From: Naegleria gruberi
Taxonomy: Eukaryota
Assembly (NCBI GenBank): GCA_000004985.1
Contig: GG738874.1
Direction: 5' to 3' (one strand)
DNA length: 64,000 nt
A model generated the notes under the pieces. It was not told where the DNA came from. It saw only the letters and a list, made by a program, of their open reading frames with translations, and made no database searches. This document shows, one piece after another, positions 18,699 through 28,848 of the stretch. Both the position numbers and the translations under genes were made by a program. How positions within the stretch are numbered: the first letter of the stretch is position 1; each line of letters opens with the position of its first letter.

Positions 18699-19259
18699 CT
18701 ATTTTCTTGGAACAATAATCAATTCATCAAATCCAGTTTCAGGATCAACTTGTCTTTCAAAATATACATCAGTCAACTCATTCAATACAATCTCAGCAGT
18801 TGTATAAACATTTGCTGTAATCAAATGACCTCCAAAAGTCTGTCCAGTTTTTCCATCAGAAATTGAAATGTGAATATGAGGAATAATATCTGAATAATCC
18901 TTGGTTGTTTCATTGTAATTTGCACTGATCGTTCCAACGAGAGAAACAATTTCATACGTTCCAGAATCAAATGTCGTATAGTGATGATTATTTGCTAGCC
19001 TGAGAACAGCTTTTGTGACTGATCCGACAACTGCTTGAATACTCACTGCTCTCAATTTATTAATCCTTGCAAAATCAATGAGTGTACTCATTATTTCTTG
19101 TGTTGGTTTTAATCTCATTGGATAGCCAATCATTCTTGATGGAAAAGCTTGTGGAATTACATTCTTATTATTGGATGAAGCAGAGGAAGATTCACTTGAT
19201 CCGATTATCATCATCATGACCAACAATAGCACAACAACAACATACTTTGAATGGTTCAT
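18699..19259 (-). CDS. secreted PPC/DUF296-domain protein
   Basis: 186-aa ORF with an N-terminal signal peptide (YVVVVLLLVMMMIIGSSES), then a domain resembling the plant/prokaryote PPC (DUF296) fold (RAVSIQAVVGSVTKAVLR..., YEIVSLVGTIS..., ISISDGKTGQTFGGHL). Identification is by recollection of family consensus. Confidence 0.45.
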   Translation of the reverse strand: MNHSKYVVVVLLLVMMMIIGSSESSSASSNNKNVIPQAFPSRMIGYPMRLKPTQEIMSTLIDFARINKLRAVSIQAVVGSVTKAVLRLANNHHYTTFDSGTYEIVSLVGTISANYNETTKDYSDIIPHIHISISDGKTGQTFGGHLITANVYTTAEIVLNELTDVYFERQVDPETGFDELIIVPRK

Positions 19260-19270
19260 TTTTATAAAAT

Positions 19271-20255
19271 TTAAATTTTATCCAAACAAGTTCTGCTTTC
19301 ATTAAATGTAAAGTCAACCAATGATATTAATACAATTACAAATATTTCATCTCGTATTTTTGTTGCATCTTCTCCAAATAATTTCAATTTCAAAGAATCA
19401 ACCTCTTTGGTATTTGTGTTGAGTTTGTTATAAGAAGAGGTTAGTAATGATGCATTCGAGTTCACTTTCAAATTCCAAGAAGCAAATCCATCTCGAATTG
19501 ATTATTAAGAAAATGATATAAAATTGAATTAACTTACTTTCATCCTCTCTGGAATCAAATGAAAAGTTATTTGATCCAATGTTAAATTTACCATCACGTG
19601 TATAAAATCTTGGATAGGCATCCTCGTCTTCTTGAACATCCCAAGTAGAATATTCAACTTTTTGATAAACATGTTTGGAAATTAATTCACAAACTTCCTC
19701 TCCACATTCGAATAAAAAGTATTCATTCAATAAACGTTTCCATAATGATCTAATACCATCAGTTTTGGTAATTGCACTAGTTTTCAGTTCAACTACTCTT
19801 TTTGAGTTCTTAATATTACCTTCTACCTTTTTGGTCAACCATTTCTCAAATTTATATTCTTCAACCTCATTATCTTTTAGTTTATCAGCATCATAACTTG
19901 TACCAAGATCAAATGCCTTTGTAATTTGAGTGATCAAATCACCTTTCTTTTTTTTTACTTTGTTATTGGAGGAGTATTCATCAAATTTTCTCTTATTTAC
20001 TTTTAACTCTTTTTCATTTGGTTTTTGAAAGGCTTGTTGTTTCTTGAGAGCTTTCATTCTTGTACAATTAATATTTCCTAATTTTCTAATATCGGAAGAT
20101 ACTCTCAAGGAAATGACCAATGGATTTGATTCAAGTAATTCTTCCCTAATCACTTTACAACATGATGAAAAATTAATGACATCCCTATTTGATGAAGACA
20201 TAAAAAACACAATCTGATCCAAGACTTCGCTAGGAATATTTTCAAATTGATTCAT
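19271..20255 (-). CDS. hypothetical protein with F-box-like N-terminus; two exons (19538..20255 and 19271..19491; 46-nt intron GTAAGT..AG)
   Basis: ATG at 20253-20255. N-terminal IPSEVLDQIVFFMSS is F-box-like. ORF 19428..20255 runs into a GTAAGT donor after ...SFDSREDE. The acceptor cgag|ATGGATTTG restores frame into track ORF 19271..19471. No recognisable catalytic domain. Confidence 0.4.
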
Positions 20256-20412
20256 TTTTTCTAAGATTTAAAAAACAATGCAGCATTACAACGTACTTAC
20301 AACGTGAACTTTGAGAAACTTCTAGTATTTGGTGGATAATTTAGTTTTTAAAAGATTTTACAAGTTCATCCTTGTTCATCCTTGCTTAAATGTGTATTTT
20401 ACACGTCCGACG

Positions 20413-22062
20413 ATGCAAGATGTCAATTCTCCAACTTTAAAAAAAAACATCAACAACACAATAGCAATTCTAATGTCAAAACAACAACAACAACAACAAC
20501 AACATGACAATACTTTAACTACTGCCACTAATCATCAAATTCAACAAAATGTTAATAATTTACCAATGGAAATATTGAGTGAAATTCAAAGTTATATTCA
20601 TGATGAATGGTTAAATTTTAGACTTGTTTGTAAATATTGGTCAATTATATTTTGTGAATATTTAAATATTAAATTAAATATTAAAGATTGTAATAATATT
20701 ATAGATTTATGTAATAGTAATATTTTATTACAAACTAATGAACTTTGTATTAATAATGTTCCAAAAAAAGTAATAGAAGCTATTTATTCTAATAATCAAT
20801 TATTTAAAAATATTAAAAAATTAACTTTTTATGGAAATATTAATTTAAATAGTATTGAAAAATTATTTTTAAAATCAAATTCATTTATTTATAATTTAAA
20901 TAGTTTATATATACAATCAAATGATATTACTAAATTAATGAAAATTTATAAAAAAGGAATACAAATAGCAAATAAAAATAAAAATAAAAAAAGTATTGGA
21001 TTATTTAATTATTTAATTTATTTAAATAATAATATAAATTATGAATATTTAAATAAATCATTAGAAGTAAATAATATTGAAGCAATTGAATATATGATAA
21101 AAAATTCTGAAAATAACTTTGAATGGTTATTAAAAGGTTCTAAATTAGGAAATTTAAAAATACAACTTGATTTGGCGTTTTATTATTATAATACTAGTCA
21201 ACATTTACTTGCTTTGGAATTATTTGAAAAAATATTTTATAATTTAAAATATGTTGAAAAAAATAATAATGAAATTAATTTTGATTTTTCATTCTATTTA
21301 GGTGAATATTACTATTATGGAAATTATGGAATTGAAAAAGATTATAAAAAATCAAATTACTATTTTTTACATGGTGATATTAATGATCCAATAACTCAAG
21401 AATTTATTGCAGAGAGTTATACCTATTTACAAGATTATAAAAATTCCTTTAAATGGCATTTAAAATCATCTGAAAATGAAAGTGAACATTCATCATTTAC
21501 AATTTCATATTTATATTGTAGTGGAATTGTTACATGTCCTAATATGGAAGAGTCTATTAAACATTTGATTAAATCACCTAATTACTCAGTCACCATACTT
21601 CAATTTTTAAATTATTTTAAATTATTAAATCATTTAGAAAATTTAGATGAAATTTTACAAATTATTAATAATGTAAATTTGAATAATGATGAAATTTCAT
21701 ATGACAATGATGAAGAATATGAAAACAATTTAAAATTTGATTTAAATGAAAATTCAAATGAAAATGAAATTCTGGAAATGGTAAAATCGAATGGATGGTC
21801 ATGTAATTCATGCAACAAATCATTTAATGGATTTTATTATTCAACAATGAATGGTTTTACATTTGATTTATGTATGGATTGTTATTCAATGGAAATTATA
21901 GAAAAATTTAAACATGAGTTAAATAATAGAATTTTATTTAAAACACATATTTTAACAAATTATATTCCACTTTTGGAATATTGTAAAAAATGTAATAATA
22001 TTAATAATTTAAAACTTGATAATATTATTAATCAATTAAAAGAATGTAAATCAATTCATTAA
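20413..22062 (+). CDS. F-box-like / Sel1-repeat protein with conserved C-terminal Cys-rich module
   Basis: First ATG at 20413 (track start 20329 is TTG). poly-Q, then F-box-like NLPMEILSEIQSYIHDEW. Sel1-like repeats (YYYGNYGIEKDYKKSNYYF...). C-terminal CNSCNKSFNGFYYSTMNGFTFDLCMDCY...RILFKTHILTNYIPLLEYCKKC shared with the gene at 53800..55494. Confidence 0.6.
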   Translation: MQDVNSPTLKKNINNTIAILMSKQQQQQQQHDNTLTTATNHQIQQNVNNLPMEILSEIQSYIHDEWLNFRLVCKYWSIIFCEYLNIKLNIKDCNNIIDLCNSNILLQTNELCINNVPKKVIEAIYSNNQLFKNIKKLTFYGNINLNSIEKLFLKSNSFIYNLNSLYIQSNDITKLMKIYKKGIQIANKNKNKKSIGLFNYLIYLNNNINYEYLNKSLEVNNIEAIEYMIKNSENNFEWLLKGSKLGNLKIQLDLAFYYYNTSQHLLALELFEKIFYNLKYVEKNNNEINFDFSFYLGEYYYYGNYGIEKDYKKSNYYFLHGDINDPITQEFIAESYTYLQDYKNSFKWHLKSSENESEHSSFTISYLYCSGIVTCPNMEESIKHLIKSPNYSVTILQFLNYFKLLNHLENLDEILQIINNVNLNNDEISYDNDEEYENNLKFDLNENSNENEILEMVKSNGWSCNSCNKSFNGFYYSTMNGFTFDLCMDCYSMEIIEKFKHELNNRILFKTHILTNYIPLLEYCKKCNNINNLKLDNIINQLKECKSIH

Positions 22063-22436
22063 TAATAATTAAACTCAAATAAACAATTAATTTTCCATAT
22101 TTAAAAGTTCAAGGACAGGGGACATTGCTTCAGTATAGGTTTGCAGTGATTTGCCAGTTAGAGCTTACACGAAATCAGGTTGATTGAACTCCATTCTTCT
22201 GACAAAGGAGATAACATTTGGAGTAAAAGTGGTTGGAGAAGAAGCTGATGAAGAAACACATCTTCTTGATTTTTGCTGGAAACATGAACATGATGATTCA
22301 ATGAAACGAACGACAAAGCAATAAGGTTTATGATCATCAAGCAGAAAGCTTCAAGGTTGATGGAATGGTGATTGAGAAATTGATATCCCTTATTTCATAT
22401 TTTCCTTCTCCTTATAGTACCAATCTTTCAAGATTC

Positions 22437-22640
22437 TTAATGACAGGCAAATTTTTTCTCTTCTTTTTCCTTCTTGATTTTGGTGATTTGTGCCTCCTTT
22501 TTACATTCATAAACACCTTGAACCTCAGGGAAATAAATTCGTCCTCGTATAGTCATCTTTCTTTCACAATATCTCCAAATTTTATAACGACATTCTCCTC
22601 ATCACTTCCATCAAATTCAACGATGAACTCATTCTATTAC
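22437..22640 (-). pseudogene. SUI1/eIF1-like coding fragments (possible pseudogene or unresolved multi-exon gene)
   Basis: Minus-strand frames give ...EFDGSDEENVVIKFGDIVKER and MTIRGRIYFPEVQGVYECKKEAQITKIKKEKEEKKFACH*, resembling the eIF1/SUI1 core (..RNGRKTLTTVQGI...KKKFACNG..), but interrupted by stops and lacking the C-terminal half. The 1.3-kb region 22.06-23.40 kb has no long ORF. Confidence 0.25.
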
Positions 22641-23404
22641 AAAACAAGTAAGCTTCCAAGTTGCTTTCAGATTTTTCTTCAATGAGAAATTATAGTTGTT
22701 TGAAAATCACATCCAAAAATCCTTAACATTTCCTCAATTTCATAATAGGCAAACAACCAATCCAAACACTTTTCAATATTCCATTCTCATAGTTCTGTAG
22801 ACAAAACTTTCTGATATTTGCAACAAATTTGAAAAACTCTTTGAATTGCTTGTGTGATGACTTAAAGCTAATAGCAAACGGATCAGAAAACAAATATTCT
22901 CATCAATGAGCATTTTGCAAAATTTATCACGAATTCTAAAGGTTCTTCCTAAAGGAAAGCTTCGATACATCACAATCAAATCTAATCAAATATTCTTTCA
23001 TAATATTGGTCAACACTCGATGATAGTAAGTAAATTCTTCACCACCCACACGATTAGCAACTCGTTTCAGTATTCGCTCGAATGTAAACTTTCCCCCCAA
23101 GTACATAAAGTCATCGTAATAATCGTTTCCTTGATGTTTTGCCAGTAGGTTAAATACTTATTGTTCTTGTGCTTCGATTTCCCGCTTTTTTTAGTCAAGG
23201 TAAATTAAAAATTAAATAGAATTAAGGTGGCACTCTAATAAACCGGAATTTTTAAGGCAAAGTAAACTGTTAATGTTTGAGAAGATCCCAACGGAACATT
23301 ACCACTCTGGAGATACCATTCGAAGAGATTATATCCTATCATCAGATGTATTTGTAAAGAAATGCAATCTCCTTCTTTATTGTAATAATAAACTCAATAA
23401 TTTC

Positions 23405-25133
23405 TCAAAATAAGGATATTACAAAATTGAAAATATAGATTGAAAGAGATATAAAAGTAACCATAATTACCTCTTTTCTAAAAACAAAACCTAAAAGCCA
23501 ATATAAATTAACAAGTTCTTTTCTGAATCCATCTTCCATCAATAAAACTTTCATCAAGTGAAAACTTGAAATTGCAGAAACGTTGGCAGACATGAACATT
23601 CTATCTGTCATCCATCCTAAAATTGGTGAGATTAATTTTTGCATTGAAAGATTTTGTGAATATTTTGCAAAATCAAATCTCATATCAGTACTGGAGCACA
23701 ATAACCATGGAACGAGATAAGATTTACATAACCTTGATTGAAATTCTTGACAGAAAGATGGGTTGAACACTGACTTGTCCTTTTTCAATTCAATCTTAAT
23801 CATTTCATCGAGTAGAACTATAGAATCTATTGCCATTGTAATACCTTGTCCATAAATTGGATTAAGAGAACCTGCAGCATCACCAACAGCAATGAAATCT
23901 CTCACTCCTTTCAAATTTTCATAGTGAACATATTCACTTCCATTCTTTTCATAGTATGGAACAATCTTCTTTGGGATATCTTTGAATTTTTCAAGCATAA
24001 TTTTGGCATCTCTTTCCATAGTTGGATTTAATTTTGTAAATTCAATAATTTGTTCCTTAGCAGTTTCATATTGAACAGATTCAATCTTTTCATTATAAGT
24101 TGTTAATAAGATAAGGAAAGTGTTATCACTATATGGCATAAATAGAACACCTCTTCTATTTGGATAACACAATAAATGATAGATAATATAGTATGGATCA
24201 TCTAATTTTCTATTTTCTTGAACATTGTCAATTCTATCCTCTCTACTGATTGCAACTTTTCCTTCACTATCATATGAACTGTCTTTTGGTTCCATAAAAA
24301 TGGTTTGATATCCAATTTTACATTCAATTGATGATTTTGTGAGAATTTTCTTGTTTGGTGAAATTTCATTTTCAATGTTTTTCATTAAAGAGCTAGAACC
24401 AGCCCCTCCACAATTGACCAATAAATTACACTCAATAGTACGTGAAGAAGCAAATAAAACATGCTCAGCATCAGAAACCTTAGTTACAGTAATAGATTTA
24501 ACACGAGTAACCTTTTCTCCGTTCTCTGAAATAGTTTCAACTTTAATACCACTAGACGAAACATGATATCCATCAAGAAATTCAACATTTTTCAATTCCC
24601 TTTTAACTTTTTCTCTCAAAATAGTTTCAATTTGACCTCTAGAAGCCATAAGCAAAGGATTCTTTCTCAAATTCAAATGATCTGAAGTTCCTAATCCATT
24701 CTTATAATTATATCTAACTTCAGAAGCAGGATACTTTCAATTCATCTAAAAATCCAGGTAATAATCTTTCCCAAACAAGCATTGAACGATAGGCAATAAC
24801 ATGAGCTTGTTCACCTTGTCTACTTTTGGCAATCGATTCGTCTGGAACAATTTTAGAACGATCAATAATTATTACCTTTCTATAATATTTACTCATGATA
24901 ATGGCTGTTGTGAGACCAGAGAAGCTTCCACCAATGATGACAACTGTTTCACCTATTAATTTGTTATCTTGTTCCTTTAAAACACTGTCTATTTGTTCAA
25001 TTGGTACCTGACAGTCAAGGTATGGCTTGTAGAACTTTTCTTTTATCAACCAAAGGATTGGTATGATCATTGTGATAAGACAAATAATCATCAGCAACAT
25101 TTTGTTATTTTTTTTTTTCTTGTTGTTGAACAA
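23405..25133 (-). CDS. FAD-dependent aromatic-ring monooxygenase (UbiH/salicylate hydroxylase-like) with N-terminal TM anchor; exons 24735..25133 and 23405..24700 (34-nt intron)
   Basis: Exon 1 has TM helix plus Rossmann GxGxxG (VVIIGGSFSGLTTA) and ends ...LDELK before a GTATCC donor. Acceptor ataag|AATGGATTAGG joins in frame to the 423-aa ORF, which contains the FAD_binding_3 signature GDAAGSLNPIYGQGITMAIDSIVLLDEMI. Confidence 0.65.
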
Positions 25134-26213
25134 AGTGAAGAGACCAATGAGATCAATGAGGATTACTTTTGAACATAATTAAGTTTAAATTTGGTAGGTC
25201 ATGCAAATGTCATAGGTAAGTATGAAGTTCACTTTTGAATAGGGTATTACATCATGATTTAAAGTTGTTGTTGTAATGTAGTTTGTTTCTTCCTGTAATT
25301 GCATTAATAATACTCATTTGATCTTCCAGTAAATGCATTACTTGTGGAATTTCTAAAATGTCTTCATCTCAATAGAAAATGAAGTGTTCATCCTCTATTT
25401 TTTCCTCTCGTATTTAGTGATTCAATTGAGAATTTAAACCATTATCAAATTTGAATTTTGGTTTAAATTACACTTTATAGTTGGATCTTTGTTATTATCA
25501 AAGTAGATGTTTAAAATAAAGTTGACTATTTGATAATTATAATAATATTAATATTTCGGAACGACTTTCATTTTGTTAAATCCAAATTGTTGTGATTCCA
25601 TAAATTATAAAACTGTTAGAAGACGATAATCCGTTCAAATGTTACTGTTGTTCATTTTGGCCATTTTTTATAATTGTGTTTCGATTGAAAATTACCTTTT
25701 AATGCATTCAATGTTTAATAAAACTATTTATTAAACAGTTAATATTTATTGTAAATTTACAGTAAGAATGATCGGAAAATTTTGACTTTGACTCTTGGAT
25801 GATGGAAGGAACATGAAGCAAAATAACGGAAAGCCAAACCAAATATTGAATGAGGTCATATGGATACTATCCATGATTATCCATTGTATTAAAAAGATTC
25901 GACTGGTGAGTTCAAGTTAACATTTGAGGTGAATTAATGTACGAATTGTTGGCTCTCAAATCTCCTTTTCATTCAATAGAGATGGATTGTGTGGTGATCC
26001 CGTTGTTGTGTGTTTCAACAGCTATTAAAATGTTCAATAGACTACAGATGATTCTCAAACAACAATTTGGATGCTCTTCCATGTTGCATCTGTTGCTGCA
26101 ATTCAAAGGCTTTTTCGTTTTGCCTTCAAATTGGTTGGGGCATAGTGATGGTGAATAACAATTTCTGTTTTTAAAAAAAAAGCGGGTTACAAAAAAATCT
26201 TGAGTTAAAAAAT

Positions 26214-27512
26214 ATGGCTAGAAAGAATAAGAACAAATCAAAGGCAACAAACAACAACCAAAAGGAAGAAGAAAATACTCAAGATGAAACAACTGTAGAG
26301 GAAACAACATCGGAGGAACAAACTGAAACAACTTCTACACAAGAAAATACTGTCGAAGAAGAAAATAAGGAAGTTACATCATCTGAGGAATCTAAGCCAA
26401 CTAATGAAGAAACAAAGCCTGAAGTTGTTGAAGAACCAAAGACTGAAGAAACCACTCCAGTCGTCGTAGAGGAAACAGCCACTCCAGTCGTTGAATCTGC
26501 TCCAGAGGAAACAAAGACTGAAGTTGTCGAAGAACCAAAAGTTGAAGAAACAAAGACTGAAGAACCAACTCCAGTCGTCGAAGAACCAAAGGTTGAAGAA
26601 CCAACACCTGTTGTTGAAGAAAAGATTGAAGAACCAACTCCAGTAGTTGTTGAAGAAACTGTTAAGGTTGAAGAAACACCAGTCGTAGTTGAAGAACCTG
26701 TTAAAGTTGAAGAAACCAAGATTGAGGAACCAACAACTGTAGTTGAAGAACCTAAGGTTGAGGAACCAGTTGCTGTTGTTGAAGAACAGAAGATCGAGGA
26801 ACCAACACCTGTTGTTGAAGAAACTAAAATTGAGGAACCAAAAATTGAAGAACAAACTCCAGTTGTTGAAGAAAAGATTGAGGAACCAACTCCAGTTGTA
26901 GAAGAACCAGTTAAAGTTGAAGAACCAGTTAAGGTCGAAGAACCAACACCTGTTGTTGAAGAAAAGATTGAAGAACCAACACCAGTAGTTGTTGAAGAAA
27001 CTAAAATTGAGGAACCAAAAATTGAAGAACAAACACCTATTGTTGAAACACCAAAAGTCGAAGAAACTAAGGTCGAAGAACAAAAAGTCGAAGAAACAAT
27101 TGTGGAACCTAAGATTGAAGAACCTGTTGTTGCTGAAAAGATTGAAGAGCCAGTTAAAGTTGAAGAAGTCAAGGTCGAAGAACCAGTTAAAGTTGAAGAA
27201 CCAGTTAAGGTTGAAGAATCAAAACCAGTAGTTGAAGATGTTAAGGTTGTTGAAGAATCAGTTAAGGTTGAAGAACCAAAGACTGAACCAACCCCTGTCG
27301 TTGAAACACCAAAGGTCGAAGAACAAAAAGTCGAAGAACCAAAGACTGAATCAGTTAAAGTCGAAGAACCAGCTAAGGTCGAAGAACAACCAAAGACTGA
27401 AGCAACAGTGACGGAAACAACACCAGAAGTTAAACCAGTTTTGAATGAGACTAAGGAATCTAAGGAATCTAAGGAAACATCGGAAAAGAAGAAGAAGTGT
27501 ACGATCATGTAA
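26214..27512 (+). CDS. Glu/Pro/Val/Lys-rich tandem-repeat (PEVK-like) protein ending in a CaaX prenylation box (CTIM)
   Basis: 432-aa ORF. N-terminus is MARKNKNKSKA. The body is degenerate (K/T/V)(I/V)EE(P/Q)TPVVEE units with long internal direct repeats (e.g. 26575-26660 nearly identical to 26935-27000 and 26818-26900). The C-terminus SEKKKKCTIM* is polybasic plus C-a-a-X. Confidence 0.6.
   Translation: MARKNKNKSKATNNNQKEEENTQDETTVEETTSEEQTETTSTQENTVEEENKEVTSSEESKPTNEETKPEVVEEPKTEETTPVVVEETATPVVESAPEETKTEVVEEPKVEETKTEEPTPVVEEPKVEEPTPVVEEKIEEPTPVVVEETVKVEETPVVVEEPVKVEETKIEEPTTVVEEPKVEEPVAVVEEQKIEEPTPVVEETKIEEPKIEEQTPVVEEKIEEPTPVVEEPVKVEEPVKVEEPTPVVEEKIEEPTPVVVEETKIEEPKIEEQTPIVETPKVEETKVEEQKVEETIVEPKIEEPVVAEKIEEPVKVEEVKVEEPVKVEEPVKVEESKPVVEDVKVVEESVKVEEPKTEPTPVVETPKVEEQKVEEPKTESVKVEEPAKVEEQPKTEATVTETTPEVKPVLNETKESKESKETSEKKKKCTIM
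26560..27060 (+). repeat. in-frame tandem/direct DNA repeats encoding EEPTPVVEE-type units
   Basis: Near-identical blocks gaagaaccaacacctgttgttgaagaaaagattgaagaaccaac... recur at about 26575, 26818 and 26935. Confidence 0.6.
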
Positions 27513-28018
27513 ATTTTGAATAATTATTTAAAAGCTTTTCACTTTTTTTTTCAAGTTGCTGAGCTAGTAACTAAAATTAATTTTATTTAGTAAATTTGAC
27601 TGAGATGCCTTTGAAACACAATCGACATTTGAAAATAGTGGTGAAATTGAAATTGGAGGAATTCAACTTTTGAAGGGAATGAACATTCTGTTTTACATAC
27701 ATGTAATTCAATTAATATCAATCAAGATTTGAATAATACTGATTCTAGGAATATGAATAATCAAATAGCCTCATGAAGACATCTTGTTATTTAACTGACC
27801 GTGCAGATGAGACAAAGCCTATTAATAACTAAAATTGAAACTATTCCGACCAATGGAAACCTTAATCCAATCTAATGCTAGGAAATTATTATCAATGATT
27901 GAGGAATTCAAGAATAGTTGTATTTCTCCATTCAAAAACAAGAAAGCATTTGTCATTTACCAACTTGAATGTGAAACTGAATTGACAACTAAATTTAGAA
28001 AATAAAACATTTAAAAAA

Positions 28019-28546
28019 ATGTCATCATCAACCAAGCAATTTGCTAACTGTTGTTGTTGTAAAAAACGAGGAAATAGATTTGTTCCGAATAATGTGACAA
28101 TTACTAACAAAACAGGGACACGTTTGTGTGATAGTCATTATCAAAAACTAAGAAGATTTATTATTGGTAAAATAGTAGAGGAGGATTTCAAAGTTGAATA
28201 TTCGGCAGCCAACGGATTTTCACAACCAATAGGCATGGGAAAATGTAAACATGTGGATACAAGATCATGTGCTAATTGTAAAAGTGGTAATACTGTTTGT
28301 AAAGGAGTTGCTGTAGAAAAAGTATGGAATTTATTAAATCATGATGGAAAAGTTTTTGATAATCATAATGAAGTTGGAATTGTATCATTCAATGATGATG
28401 GAGTTTTTGTTTTCAAATCATTGGAGTGCGAAAATATTAAATTAAATAGGAATGGAGTTTGCACTGATTGTCATCAACTATATGAGAAATTACGACATTT
28501 GAAATACAAAAAAACAAACAATTCAGATGAAAATTTACTTTTGTAA
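28019..28546 (+). CDS. Cys-rich hypothetical protein (possible C2CH-type zinc-binding N-terminal module)
   Basis: 175-aa ORF; ATG in aaaaaaATG context. NCCCCKKRGNRF...TRLCDSHYQKLRRF gives a C-x2-C...C-x2-H spacing. Further Cys pairs follow (CANCKSGNTVCKG; CTDCH). Confidence 0.4.
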   Translation: MSSSTKQFANCCCCKKRGNRFVPNNVTITNKTGTRLCDSHYQKLRRFIIGKIVEEDFKVEYSAANGFSQPIGMGKCKHVDTRSCANCKSGNTVCKGVAVEKVWNLLNHDGKVFDNHNEVGIVSFNDDGVFVFKSLECENIKLNRNGVCTDCHQLYEKLRHLKYKKTNNSDENLLL

Positions 28547-28848
28547 AAAGATAAAATTGAGACTTTAAGTTTCTCAATTAAAATCTACTCTAACAAGATG
28601 AGATGAAAAAATAGATTCTCATTAGAGGAGAGATTATCCATCACAAGCTTGTAAAATTGGTGATTTCAGCTATTCAAGATGAAAAACTACAAAGATCTGA
28701 ACCACAAACTTCCAAAAAAAGTGGAAGAACAACATTTAAAGATGAAATGTTAATTGAATACTTCAAAGTTGGAAATGTTTAGGATTGTTATTGTGTATTC
28801 TTTGATGTAATTGGATTAAACTTTATTGCTATTTTAAGTGTAAAAAAA

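Noticed and set aside
22700-23150. Possible transposon remnant in the ORF-poor island
   Set aside because: No terminal repeats, transposase, RT or integrase motifs are recognisable. Only short low-complexity ORFs are present.
25937-26158. 73-aa ORF in the 1-kb spacer upstream of the repeat-protein gene
   Set aside because: No ATG context or domain support. It is more likely promoter or UTR sequence.
26279-27508. Three antisense ORFs (409, 234, 78 aa) opposite the EEPTPVVEE repeat gene
   Set aside because: These are an artefact of the repetitive GAA/GTT-rich sequence being open in several frames. The sense frame has a proper ATG context, polybasic-CaaX end and coherent repeat units.
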